Below, in pieces: positions 38,101 through 51,442 of a DNA stretch of 64,000 nucleotides. Under the pieces are notes generated by a model that was not told where the DNA came from, ran no database searches, and saw nothing but the letters and a program-made list of their open reading frames with translations. This DNA is from Lama glama (taxonomy: Eukaryota). The DNA lies in contig CM052816.1 of the NCBI GenBank assembly GCA_028534125.1, forward strand, positions 93,436,001 to 93,500,000, in the 5' to 3' direction. The position numbers and the translations under genes were made by a program. How positions within the stretch are numbered: the first letter of the stretch is position 1; each line of letters starts with the position of its first letter.

Positions 38101-38744
38101 ATTATTTCCCTAGAGTTTTAATTTTTTAATAAATTAAATTTTAATGAGACTCCAAAATAAATGCACTTGTTTTAACTGGTTGTCGTATTACTTTTTTAAG
38201 AAAATATTTTTAAAATAATGATTTCCTCATTTATTCTGAAAATATTTTCAGTGACTTCAGCTTCAAATGGAATTTATTCCCTTGTTTCTATAACTGATAT
38301 TGTGCAGTTTTTTTTTCTGAAGTTGTCATAAATAAGAATGGGCTTTGGTTTCAGCAGGTGTCATTTTATGTGACTGAATGAGGTTAGTTATTGCAGAGTC
38401 TAAGTGGGAAGATGTTGGTAAATTGACACTCATTGGAAGGGCCCATTTATTATTTCTGTGTCTAATTAAATGTAGTAAATCCACTTCATGTGGCTTTCCT
38501 CATGTGATTTGCAGTGCCATCTTCACTCCATAACTGAAGGACATGCATTTATTATCATGTTTACGTAGAATGGAATGAAAAAGCTGTGCAGTCAGTTCTG
38601 ATGACATGCCAGGTTCTCCTCTCTGGGGACAACAATGGACAAGGAGCTTCCTGGGGTGGTCTGTAATATTCCTGTGTCATGATACTTCAGTACTGACATT
38701 GTGCACCTTATTATGTGACTTCTAGACATTTGATGTTTTTCTGT

Positions 38745-39665
38745 GTATGTGTGTGAATTGCCTTTGTGTGACTTTCTGCATTTTTGTATTGGGAGCTCTG
38801 TCTTTGATAGATTTGGACAAATTCTTAATATATTTTGGAAACCAGTTCTTTGCCTTTGCACGTGAAAATTTTCCTGTTTGTAGGTTATCCTTTGCTCTAT
38901 GTCTGATGTCTCAGGATGAACAGAAATCTTAAAATTAAAGTAGTCAAAATCATCAATCTTACCCTAAATGGGTTGACTTTTAAAAATACACTGTTTAAGA
39001 AATCTTCCATTACTCCAAAGTCATGAAGTTATTTACCTTTACTTCTTTCTTTAAAGATTTTTCTTACACATTTAAGTCCACAATCCATTTGTGATGTGTG
39101 TATGTATACGTACTGTAAGCTCGAGGTATCTTTTAATTTTTTTTCCTTGTAGATGACCAGTTGTCTCATTTCTGAACTCTTGATTCTGTTCCATTGATCT
39201 ACTTGTCTTTTTCTGCGTCAATACTACATTGTTTTATTAACAATAGGTTATTTTAACTATTCTTAATATCAGTAGAGGCTATTTGTGGTTTTTTTTTTTT
39301 CAGGACTGTGTTGACTGTTAATTGGACCTTTGCTCTTCCAAATAGATTTAAAATTAGCTTACCAAGTTCTATGAGAAGCCATTTTGTGGTTCGGATTGGG
39401 ATTTTATTGAATCTGTAAGAAATTTAGATAGAATTAATATATTTATAATAATTGGATTTTCTTATCTATGGATATATTATGAATTTTATTTGTTTATTTT
39501 CTTAATGTTTTCCAATGATGTCTTATAACTTCCTAGAAAATGTTTATGCATATACTTTTTAAATTTAATTCCAGATACCTAATTTTTTGTTGTTGTTGCT
39601 AGTGAAAATGATATTTTAATTTTCTCATAGGTCTTTGGGGGTGTATGATGCAATTTTTTATTGAT
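38745..39665 (-). mobile_element. old L1M ORF2 remnant (continues at ~40995-41150)
   Basis: ttgattctgttccattgatctacttgtc...caatactacattgtttt...ttgggattttattgaatctgtaag are antisense L1 ORF2 motifs. Confidence 0.75.
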
Positions 39666-39689
39666 ATTCTATGGCATTTTACATGGGAA

Positions 39690-40992
39690 AATATGAATAA
39701 CATAGAATTTATTACTTTAACCATTTGTAACTGTATAACTCAGTGGCATTAAGTATATTCAAAGTGTTGTGTAAGTATTACCCCGTTTATACCCCAAATT
39801 TTACATCATCCAAGACAAAAACTAAATTTTGCACCCATTAAACAATCACTTTCCATTCTCCTCTCCCTGCAGCTCCTTTAATTTTATTTAACTTTATGAC
39901 GCTATGAATTTGCCTATTTTATGTACCCTATATGAGTATGTAAGTGGAGTCATATATTTGTCCTTCAGTGTGTGGCTAATTTCACTTAGCATAATATTTT
40001 CAAGGTCCATCCATTTTGTAGTGCATACCAAAATGTCCTTCCTTTTAATGATTGAATAATATTCTTATATATAATTCTTATACATATAATTAAATTTATT
40101 ATATTTTAAATTAAATATGTAATTAAATAATTAAATTAAATGTGGGAGATATATATACTTTTTTCTCTACCCACATTTTGTTTATCAGTTCACCTAATGG
40201 CAGACACTTTGGGCATTTCTACCTTTTCACCACCCTGAATAATGTTGCTATGAACATTGGTATATAAATATCTGTTTTAGTCTCTTGTTTTAATTCTTTT
40301 GGATATACAGCTAGGAGTGGAAGTTTCTGGGTCCTATAGTTCTATTTTTAGCTTACTGAGGAACCACCAAACTGTCTCCCACAGCAGTGTGTAAGGGTTC
40401 CAGTATCTCCACATCTTCACCAGTTTTTTTACTGTAGCCCTCTTAGTGGGTGTGAAGTCATATCTCATTATGGTTTCAGTTTATATTTCTCTAGTAAATA
40501 ATAATGCTGAGCATCTTTTCTTGTGTTTACTGACCATTTGTGTATCTTTAAAGAAACATCTATTTAAGTCCTTTGCACATTGTTTAATCAAGTTCTTTGT
40601 TTTTTGTTGTTCGATTTTAGGAGTTGTTCATGCATTCTGGATATTAATCTCTTAGATGTATGGTTTGCAAACATTTTCTCCCATTCCACGAGTTGCTTTT
40701 TCACTGTTGATCGTGTTCCTTGATACACAAGTTTTTAATTTTGATGTAGTCCAGTTTATCTAGTGTTTCTGTTGTTGCCTGTGCTTTCAGTGGCATAGCC
40801 ATGAAATTGCAGCAAATCTAAAGTTAAGAGGATTTTCCCTCAATGTTTTCTTCTAAAAGTTTTATAGTTATAGCTTCTAAATTGAGGTCTTTCAATCCAT
40901 TTATAGTTGATTTTTGTGTATAATGTAAGGTAAAAGCCCAACTTCCTTCTTTTGCATACGTATATCCAGTTTTTCCAGCACCATTTGTTGCA
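39690..40992 (-). mobile_element. L1MB-like 3' end and ORF2 C-terminus inserted into older L1
   Basis: ORF 40840-41022 gives NKWCWKNWIYVCKRRKL..LTLYTKINYKWI (ORF2-like); 3'UTR ttaaccatttg...cagtggcattaagtatattca. Confidence 0.88.
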
Positions 40993-42951
40993 AAGGTAGT
41001 ATGTCATTTTATAGATCCTCATTAAAATCTTATTTATTCTAATAATTTTTCTATAGACAAATTAATCTGTAGAGTGATTTGGGTTTTCTATGAAGACACT
41101 TATATCAGTAGCCAGTAAGTGTTACATTTCTTTTCCAATTCTTACACCTTTTTCTCCCCTTCCTTCCTTGCTTCCTTGCTTTCTTCCTCTCTCACTCTCT
41201 TTTTTCTCTTTCTTTTTTCCTCTTTTTTTCATTTCTTTTCTTTCCTAGGTCCCTTCACAGACAATCTTTATGTCCCTATAGATCACCAGAAATCTGATCA
41301 CGAACTGTAACTCCTATTGATCAGTTACCTATGAATTTGTCCTGTGTTACTTCCAACCAGCTCATTAATACTTTTAAAATATGCTTTTTTTTAAAAAAAA
41401 GTTTTATCCAGCAATTTTAGGTGTGCTGTCCCTGGGGTGGTTTCTATGAACATTACTTTCTTACTTACACCAATCAGATTGATTTCTTTTGTGTGTAACC
41501 AAGAGCCTTAATGGAACCTGCTTCACAGGAAAACAGGGAAGTCCTGATGACGTGGTTTGTGTGTTAACACAGTGCCAGTTAAATGGTAATAACTCAGCAA
41601 ATTTTAATTGTTATTATTATGAATTTATTATCATTATTATAATTTATCTTGTGATCGTATCATTAATCTCAGGAATATTTTATTTTAAAAAGGGCACTCT
41701 TTAGAGGACAATACTTGCTCAAAGACACATGTTTGTTTTGGGCAGATATCAGGCCTGAACGAAGTAGGTGCTGAGGGGGAAGTGAGAGGTCCTATCACCC
41801 CATGCATTATGGGTAGGAAGATGGTTCAAACGTCTTTTTCTAGATATGCCACCTATCCTTCTCTAAGTTTTACTTTAATGTAAAAAAATTCCAGTAGATA
41901 TCAGGACAATATTTCCTGTGTGTGCTTCCAATTGAGGAACAAGGTATTAATGAGAGCAAGATACTATTTTGACTTTCAGGATCTTGTTGAATGTCAAACT
42001 ACTGAGCACAAATTCATTAGCCAGACTGTACTCCTTCAGGGTGGAAGTTGGTAAATAAGCAAGTGTTTGTTTAGTTTCAAATCTTCTGAATTTCTCCTCA
42101 GACCAAGAAGCTGCTGTGACAACACTTTATATAGAACGCGCAAAGAGGGATGAGCAGGGCCACATTTGAATTTCACGTGATTTTGGTCTGAATTAGACTT
42201 GCAATCCTTAGTATTTTAATATGGTTTGCAATTTCCTGTTTATCTTCAAAATTAAAGTTTCCCAGTAAGTAAAGCTTTTTAAATGTTATGTAACTTATGA
42301 TTTTTTGAAAAACCTCAGTCTCTGCCAATAGGTTTTATGTGATGATATGTACTAGCATTCAGATGGACTGTACTAATTTTAGGGTACTTTAAAAGCTTTT
42401 ACTTTTATGTGTTGGGAGAGCCTCACTCAAAGTCTACCTTATAGAGTAGAGTCTTACTGATTCCCTGAAAACTCAATGCTCATTAAAGGGTTTTAAATTT
42501 TTTTTTCTTGAAAAAAGATAGAAATAAGTTTGACAAGCTATTATTCTCAAGCAAGTCACACTAAAACTTACTGTTACTTTCTTAAGAAAAATGAATGTCA
42601 CATTAGTGCAATTAGATTAATAAAATTTTACAATAATTATAACTTTGCAAAGTTCCTTTGAGAAAACATTTTCAGATAATTATGATAGCTTGATACTTCA
42701 TATTGCTATGGGGAGTGAGCATTTGGCTTGTTGGATCCACTGTCATTGGGGAAATGAAATTATGTCTTGACTTCATCTCCATAGATCATTTCTATCCAAA
42801 GGCAATGATAAAGGGAGCCAGGCCTCCCTGCACTGATTTTTTCAAATAGTTTGTTCATTTTAGATAGAACTCTTTGGGTCTGCTTCTCCTTAGAACTAGG
42901 GTGTCAAAACTACTTAAACTTTTGAAATAATTAATCACACACATAACAAGG

Positions 42952-43476
42952 AGTGGTAGGCAGAATAATGGCTCCCATAGATGCTCACATCCTGATCCCC
43001 AGAACCTATGCAAATGCTAGATTACAAGGCAAAGGGGAGTTAAGGTTGCAGATAAGATTGTCCTCTAATCAGCTGACTTTAAAATAGGAAGATTGTGAGT
43101 TTGTCCTGGATTATTTGGGTTAGTCCCATGTGAACACAAAAGTCCTTAAAAGGGGAAGAAATAGGCAGAAAATAACTAGAGGCAGAGGCCTGAGAGGGAC
43201 TAGAAAGCCCAATGTTACTGACTTTGAAACTGGAGAAGGGTCGTGAGCAAATGGATGTGGGCAACCTTTATGAGATACGAAAGGCAAGGAAACAGACTCC
43301 TCTAGAACTTCCAGAAAGGATGAACCCTGTCAACACCTTGATTTTAGCCCAGTGAGACTCATTTCAGACTTTTCATCTCCAGAACTGTAAAAAAAATAAA
43401 AACGAAAACAAATTTGTGTTGTTTTAAACCAAAAGTTTGTAATAATTTATTATAGCAGCAATGGAAAACTATTACA
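42952..43476 (+). mobile_element. MLT1D-like solo LTR
   Basis: gtggtaggcagaataatggctccc...ttaaggttgcagat...caccttgattttagcccagtgagactcatttcagactt...ccagaactgtaa...aactattaca. Confidence 0.9.
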
Positions 43477-45519
43477 AGAAATAAAATCAGTGTGATAATA
43501 TGTAAATTTGCTTACACTGTTTTGAGCAGAGAATAAAAGAACTACAGAACATCATTCCAACTGGCTTCTAGCTACCTTTGTTTAAAGTTTCTACAATTTT
43601 TTTTAATGTACCCTAATCTAAAGACATTGGCAGTGTTTAATACACCTCAGTATAAATGAGTGGGTGCCTTGCAGTGGTCTAGATGGGTACATTGAAGGGA
43701 AGCTATGGGTATAATTTATTGTAAATCAAGCAAGCTTGCAGACTATTTCAGGTAACTGTGTTCAGGTTGGGTCAGGCTGAAAAGACAGTTATGAATAATC
43801 ACTGTTTTAGTCCTGTTATGGCAGGACAGCACAGCTCAGCCATCACTGGCTTAGTTCTTTGGAGGCACTAAATGGAAAGTGGTACCTTGGATCTTACCAT
43901 TAAACTTTAGAACAAAAATTTTATTTAAAGAAAAGCAAGCGTAAACAAAAGATTGACACAAAGATGTACAGAACAATTGATATGTAACTGGCCACAGAAA
44001 AAGTAACAGAGTAAAATTCCTGCTTTGACAGCCAATGGATAATCTTTAAACTGAGTTCCTGCAGCTACTGAGGGAGGGTGACTCTGAAAGAGATGGAGTG
44101 CCAGGAAGCAAAGGTTATATGAATAATGTGCTAATATTTCCTGGGTTCAAAGTTATCCTTTTTCCTGTCTAAAGGCAGCAAGAAAAACATAGCAGATATT
44201 TTTTCTAGGTGTTTTTATAGTAGGTTTTGTTAACAACAAATCCACAGCATGAGTGCCCATTGTTGGAGAGTGACACCCACCTTCCCTGATACCAGTGCTT
44301 CCCTGAATATATGAGACACATGAAAGAGAAAACAGAGAACTGTCTAGAGCCAGAGAAGTGAATCTGAAGATGTATGAGCAGGATAAGACCAGGGGACCAC
44401 GGATTCTTTGCCATTGGTGTGCAATTTCTCATTTTGGAAGTGATTAATTCTGCATTAAGTAGGGTGACTCACATAGATGTTTTAGTGTTGGCTGCGGTCA
44501 TGAAATCAGAAGATGATGCAGAAACCAATATCAGAAGAATGGAGATTTTACCCTCTCCTTTTGTGATCAAGGACTTTTTAATAAAGTAATTGGCATGAAT
44601 TTCTGATTAGCTTCAGAACCACTCTGCACCATCATGTGCCCATTAACTATAGTTCCTGTGACCATGTACATATGTCTACCTGTATCTCTCGATATTTAAT
44701 TGCATTAGATGGTTAGATCATTATGTACATTGAATTCCATAGAATGAGTTCACTTTTGACTAATATCTCTCTGTATTTATAAGCCCTACAATAGAATAGT
44801 AGGTTGCCCTGTGCATTGTTTATGAGGAGACCTGAGCAGGGTAAAATCATTGTCTTTTGAACCAGTAAACTAAAACCAAGGGTAAACAAAATTCCTTATA
44901 AAATGGTGCCTAAAAAATATTTAATTCTGTCTGCGTGCCATCCCTCATCAATATTATTAAGAGAGGGGCATAAGAAAAGTAATAACACAATAACAATAAC
45001 ATTTAATATTATCACACACATTATATTTACAAGGACTTAAGCGAATTATCTAATTTAATATTTAAAAAATACCATGAAGCATGGACGATTATCATCCCCA
45101 TTTTTCAAGATTTCAAGATAGTTTGTTAACACTTTAAAGCAAATCATTAAGTAAATATCTCATTTTTTTCCACTGGCTATAATCTGTCAAAGATGGCTAA
45201 TTTACTGACAAATTTGGTATTTTATACTTTGTCTTTCTTAATCATGCCAACTCCAAATTTATACAGATATTTTCTTCTGAGATTTCTCAATATTTGCTAG
45301 ATTAGGGTTTCTTTATGGCCAATGATATTTTAGATCCTATTTGCAGAATAATCCAGATAATGGAGGCAACAAACATCATCAACCAAGGGATAGGACATAG
45401 CAGGGATATTTTTTACAAATTAATCCCATGATATAGGTTTTCCTGATTACTTTTTAGTTACAGATTTTCCCAATTTCCACGGTCTGAAATGTTAGGCTAA
45501 TAAAGACCATAATCTTGGC

Positions 45520-45635
45520 CAATCATCCCCATTTTATAGATGAGGAAACTGCAACTGAGAGGTACTGGTAACTTGTCCAAATTCAGTCAATAACAGTGTA
45601 ACAGATTCAGGACTTGAACATAGGTCTACCTGATC
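45520..45635 (-). mobile_element. MIR fragment (another at ~44995-45110)
   Basis: atccccattttatagatgaggaaactg...aacttgtccaa...caggacttgaacataggtct. Confidence 0.7.
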
Positions 45636-46745
45636 CTACAGGGCCTGGGTTTTACAAATACGCTATCATGGAGATCCAGGTATTGGATCATAACCTGAAC
45701 AGTATGTGTATTTTTTATTTTGACCCTCTCCCATTCTCTGAATGCTGAAATCTTCCAACACTAGATTGGATAAGACTTCAATCCAACATCTCTAATTACT
45801 AATTTTATAGACATGAACTCAAGGCACAGAAAAACAAAGATGTGAACTTTGCCATTGAACATCCTTGTGTTCTTGTCTCAGCTTTTTACTTGGTCCCATT
45901 TCCTGGGCTTCGGCTTCCTGACCTTCCTCATGTAGTTCACTATTGTTGAGAGACTTAAATGGAGGAGTCTGCTTCCAGTCTGAAATGTTTCTTCCCAACC
46001 TTGCTCATCAGCATATCAATAATCACTGACTCATGGACCGAAGAATCTGATTGAGTTGGACACAAAGTTGTATATTTCCAGTTATCGAGAATTTTGGTGA
46101 AGTACCTCAAACCTGGCAAATGCCTGGACCCCCGCCTAATGATTTATTCAATAGCATTCAAAACAGAATATTTGTATTGTCAGTGTTTCAAAGTGATGGC
46201 AAGACCAAAGCGCAATGTAGCCTGGCTGAAAGGACTGATGACTCTTTAGTGAGCCAGCAGATGGCAAATACAGTTCAGTAAAGGAACGCAAAAGGAACTG
46301 ATTACAAATGCTATATGCTAATCATATGATACTTAGATTGGAAAACAGATTTCTTGGTGTGTGGCTGTCATGTGAAAATGATGAAAACCATTAGTTTATG
46401 GCATGACAAGTAAGCTCCATTTTTGATATTCATGTAATACATGCATGCATATATTTAAATGACTGAAGCATTGTTCAGTATATTTGATGCAGTCTGAGAA
46501 CTCTTACGCCAGACCACATGCAGCCGAGGGGTGCTGTTTGGCTCTAAACATAAGAGCCTGAAATTTTCTGGAGGCAGAGTCTTACCATGCAGGCAGATTC
46601 AAGTTGGAATATGAGAGACTTCAACATTCTAAAGATGAGTTCTTGGAAAGGATCCATGAGGCATTACCACTAGAATGGAAAGCTGTATTTTTTTAATCAG
46701 GTGAAAAATTTTCCAAATTAGACTAACATACACTTGAATTGAATC

Positions 46746-47147
46746 TGTGTAGTTTGCTCCGGCAGCCTTAACAGAGCATCATGGACCAGGTGGCTTAAAC
46801 AGGCAGTTTAAATAAGAGAAGTTTATTTCCTCACAGTTCTGGAGGCTAGAAGTCTGAGACCGTGGTGCCGACTGGGTCGATTTCTTCCAAGTCCTCTCTC
46901 TTTGGCTTGTAGATGGCCATCTTCTCCTTCTGTAGTTGTGTGGTCTTCCTTCGGTGTGCGTATGTGTCCTGATCTCCTCTTTGAAGGACACCTGTCATAT
47001 TGGATTAGCGCCGTGCTAATGACCTCATTTTTAACTTAATGACCTCTTAAAAATTCTGTCTTCAAATATAGTTACATTCTGAGGTCTTGGGGGTTAGGAC
47101 TTTAACATGAAATTTGAGGTGGGGGGAGATAAAATTTAACCCATAGC
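46746..47147 (-). mobile_element. MLT1B-like solo LTR
   Basis: tttatttcctcacagttctggaggctagaagtctgaga...ggcttgtagatggccatcttctcc...acattctgaggtcttgggggttaggacttt. Confidence 0.9.
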
Positions 47148-47594
47148 TCTGTCTTATGAATAGAATCTTGGAAATAAATTTTTCCATTGTAATCCAGTAT
47201 TCTTCTATTGAATAAAATTAACTGAGATGTATTATATGAGAGATACAGTTATGTTGAAGTTTGCAGTTATAATTCTCCAGAGTATGGAGTCCAATTATAT
47301 CATCAAATAATACTCTCATTTCCTATAACCACAGGCTAGATTCTAGGTGCTTCATCCCTTTTGCTCCCCAGAGGCAGACATTATCGCCTCTTGTAGGCTC
47401 AGAACCACTTTCAAGTTCCCAGATGAAGTAATTAATTAAGTTCATCTAACACTTGTTGGACATTCTAGAGTTTATCATTGCTTCGTTGTCTGTTTGTCTG
47501 CTTCAACACTGATGACTGAATTAGATTACAAGCTACTAATGGTGTTATTAAAATAATTTAAAAATAGTTGGGTATTTACTGTGGATTCAGTATA

Positions 47595-48053
47595 TCACAA
47601 AAGTTGAAATCAAGGTGTCATATTGGCTAAGTCCTCATATTAAGGCTGTGGTGAAAAATTTGCTTCTAAGCTCCTTCAAGCTGTTGGCAGAATCCAGTTC
47701 CTTGTGGTTCCAAGGCTGAAGTCCCTGTTTCCTTGTTGGCTGTCAATCAGGGGACCACTTTCAGCTTCTAGAGACCTCCTGCCTTTCTTGCCACTTGGCG
47801 CCCTCCATCTTCAAGCCGGTAACAACACATCAGATCCTTCTTGTGTTTCCAAACACTGACTTCTAGATCCAGACTTAAAGGACTCACATGCTTAGGTTAG
47901 TACTACGCACATAACCTACTTTCTTAATGACAACTGTACCATATAATATAACCTAACTGCAGAAGTAAAATGAGTCATACTTTGAGTCTGGAATTATGTG
48001 CATACCAGGGTGTGCAAAATCTTAGAAGCCATCTTAAAATTTTGCCTAGTACA
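47595..48053 (-). mobile_element. MLT1E-like LTR
   Basis: gttggcagaatccagttccttgtggtt...ccctccatcttcaagcc...gccatcttaaaattttgcctagtaca. Confidence 0.85.
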
Positions 48054-48129
48054 ATCAATTAACTGTGGCCCCAGTGATGCTACAATAAAGCACAATAAAA
48101 GCTCAGGAGCATGTAGCTGTATCTATTTG

Positions 48130-48500
48130 TTTGCCTCACGCATCTGTGTCTTGATGGAATGGGTGCTCATTTGATCTAAGGGGCAGCCTTACCTTAGCTG
48201 GGAAAGCTTTGCTTACATATGTCTCTTGCCCTCTCCCTTGGATCAGCAGACTAGCTGGGTAAGATGATGGCCAAGTAAGAGGGCCAGAAGAAAGATAACA
48301 AGGCTCTTACGCTCTAGGCTTAGCATGGACACTTTTGGTACCAGTCACCCAGTGTTCATTTTATTGGTAAAAGCAAGTCACATGGCCAAAGCTAAGGGGC
48401 AAAGGAATATTCTCTACCTTTAGTGGGAAGAACTGCAAAGTCAGCAAGCAAAGAAAGTAGATGCAGGGAGAAATGAAGAACTGGGACTAAAAGTAAACCT
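48130..48500 (-). mobile_element. old MaLR LTR (MLT1H/I-like)
   Basis: cattttattggtaaaagcaagtcacatggccaaagc...ctacctttagtgggaagaactgcaaagtca. Confidence 0.65.
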
Positions 48501-48626
48501 ATCAGAGCTATGCTTTGCCACAATAAACTTCCCCTAAACCCCTACTGGGTTCTCTTTCAGCACCTGTATTTTCTGAATAGGTGAGCTTAGTTCTAATCAC
48601 TCCATGTATGAATGATTCTTCTATTT

Positions 48627-48815
48627 TTAGTTGACGAACATTTTCTGTAAAGACCCAGACAGTAAATATTTTAAGTTTTGTGTACTGTCTGTCATAATTA
48701 CTATACTCTGCCACTGAGGCATAAAAGCAGCCATAGACAATACAAAAATAAAGCTATTTATAAAAACTAGCCTCCGAGAGGGTTTGGTCTGTGGGCTGTA
48801 GTTTGCTGGTTTGGT
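48627..48815 (+). mobile_element. MER58-like hAT-Charlie DNA transposon
   Basis: ttttctgtaaagacccagacagtaaatattttaag...aaagcagccatagacaatac...gtgggctgtagtttgctg. Confidence 0.8.
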
Positions 48816-48869
48816 CTATATCCAATTAACTATGATCTGACTATACCTGGTATTTTGGTCAAATGCTTC

Positions 48870-49300
48870 CGTAACAACATTAATTAAATAATTATGCAAA
48901 GACTCAGCGGTTCCCCAAACAAACATTTATTATTATGCTGACAGCTCTGCAGAGGAACTGCAGTTTGGCTAATCTAGGATAGGTGGCTCAGCTTCAAGAT
49001 GTGGGTTGGCTGGGCTTGGATCCAAGCAGCAGGTTGAGTCACGCTTCCTATGCAGGTGTTTGTTGTGGGGTCCAGGTTGAAGGGGCAATGATCACCTGGT
49101 GCAAGATCTGCTTGGGGGGCTCATGGGAATAGAAGGTAAAACCAGAGCTCTGTGAGGCCTCTGCTGATGCCATGTCTAGGAACATTCCATTGGCCATAAT
49201 AGTCGTAGGATCAGACTAAACATAAATAACATGATAAAGTATACTCTGTACATGATGAGAAAAGAAGTGAATACTTAGGGAGAAAATACAAATTATCCCA
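48870..49300 (-). mobile_element. old MaLR LTR (MLT1I/J/K-like)
   Basis: aacaaacatttatt...ggctgggcttggatccaagc...gtccaggttgaaggggcaatg...aacattccattggcca. Confidence 0.6.
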
Positions 49301-49996
49301 CTTAGTTGAATTGCAAGATATGACAATTTCTCATAACTATTGTCAATTTTTTTGGACTTAGAAACATTCTGCACAAGATAACTCATTTATCATATCAATG
49401 TGACTTCTAAATAATTTAATAATTTTAAATACACAAGAAACTTTCCACTGTAAATATGTACATAGAAGAGAAAACATTTATATTATCATTTATGGATTTC
49501 ACCCCCATTAATTCACTTGAGATATCCATCAGCTACAAAACAATGGGAAGAAAATTGACTAGAAGAGGCCAATCACGGCCCACAGAAATTATGCTGAGTA
49601 CCAATCAAATTCTCAGCAGGTAAATTTGCAGAAGCACTGCAAGGAGGCGTGTAAGTCTACTCTACTGCTGATCAGCTCAATTTCTCTCACTTCATGGTGC
49701 ATCGTAGAGCAATCAGGTCACATAAACCAAGAGGAAAGCCCAGATACCAATCTGACTGCACAAATGGAGAGTTAGGTATTCAAGCCAGGTTATGTTAGGC
49801 AAGTGGTTCTCAAATCAGGCTGGACATTAACGTCATCCTTAACAACTTCTTAAAAATTCTCTGACGGGGATTCTGAGAAGAGAGTAGCAGTGGTAGCACA
49901 GTTTTACAATCTTTTCAAGTCCCCATGTAAAACTAATAAAACATAGCAAGTCCAAAAACCCATGGCCAATATTTATAACAAAACTAGATGACAAGT

Positions 49997-50584
49997 TGTT
50001 TCAGTTATCACTAGCTGCATAACAAATAGCCCCAAAACAAAGTGGCTTAAAATAGACATATTTTATTATCGCTGTTTATGTCTGTAGACCAGAAACTTTG
50101 AAACCACTCAGTTGGGTAGTTCTGGCTCTGGGTGTCTCATGAGGTTGCAGTCAGATGATGGCTAGATCTGGACCAGTGAGGTGCTGAAGCAGCTAAGGAC
50201 GCGGCAGGCAAGTTGCTCTCTTCATGTGGTGTCAGGGTCATTTCATGTAGTCTCTTTAAGTGGGTTAGATTGGGTTTCCTCAGAGCATGATATCCTCTGG
50301 GAAGTCAGACGATGTACTTACGTTCCTGCTAAAGGCTTCAAGCATATTGCATCCAGCAAGGCAGAAACCTTACGGTCCTTCATGGCCTAGCTTCAGAAGA
50401 CAGTAGTGACATTTCTGCCATCTTCTACTTAAAAATTCAGTTAGAAAAGCCAGTCCTGCTTCAAGGAGAGAGGACATAGACCCTGCCTCTCAGGGGGAAT
50501 GGTGTCAATGCTATGTTGTAACATGAGCATTTAGACAGATAGATACTGTTGCAGCCATCTTTGAAAAGTATCATATTCCTGACA
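49997..50584 (-). mobile_element. MLT1G/H-like solo LTR
   Basis: tcagttatcactagctgcataacaaatagccccaaaacaaagtggcttaaaa...tctcatgaggttgcagtcagatg...gttgcagccatctttgaaaa. Confidence 0.85.
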
Positions 50585-51344
50585 ACATAACACTATGAAC
50601 CCCAAAGATACAAATGAGTAGGGACAGATTAGTGGCAGCCCCAAGACCTGTACGGTGTTGGCATGCGTGTGTGAGGAGGATGAGGTAGCATGTGATGATC
50701 ATGGGAACAGAAAAATCACAAAATAACCAACAGGTATTGGAAGTGCAGCAGGTGGATTTTACAGCAGCAGCTGAACTTGGGAGGAGAGCTACCTTTTCCA
50801 GTAGCTGGGGAAGGCAAGAAGTCAGTGGTCGGATGAACATAAGGGGCTGGAGTGCCTCTTTTGTACTCTTGAAACTTACCTGCCAGCAGTTCCTTATAAA
50901 CCAAGGTTTACAAGGGGGAGAACTTTCTGGAAATTGAAGTAGGAGGAGACATTAAAGATAAAGGAAAAGATGCTCAGGTAAAAGTTAGGAGGAAAGCAGG
51001 GTCAGGATGTCCCAGAAAGGAGGTTGCCATATTTTGGTGTTACACAAATGCAATAGGACACTGATTTTCAGGGACGCAGACTGAAGCTAAATAAGCTGGA
51101 CTTGAGAATCTGGCAGCATTGGCCAGGACTCTGGCTAACGAAGCCTAAAAGAGAACCTAAAAACAGAGGCTGAAAAACAGGGTGTTCTGTCACAAAAAGA
51201 CTCAAAAGGAATGATTCCAAACGCAGTAGGTGGTTACCCAGTGTTGTTGCTTTTATTTTTTCTGATTGTGTGTTTATACGATGTGACCAGGTGAATAAAG
51301 CTCTAGATGGGAATAACCATCACATTTTTAGCCAGTTGAACTTC

Positions 51345-51442
51345 CACTCATTCACTTATACTTTCATTCCCTCCTTCACTCATCAGATATTTACTGAGCC
51401 CTCATCATGTACCAGGAACTCTAACAGGAGCTGGGAATAGGG
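51345..51442 (-). mobile_element. L2 3' end
   Basis: cattcact...catcagatatttactgagccctcatcatgtaccaggaactct...gctgggaatag. Confidence 0.75.
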
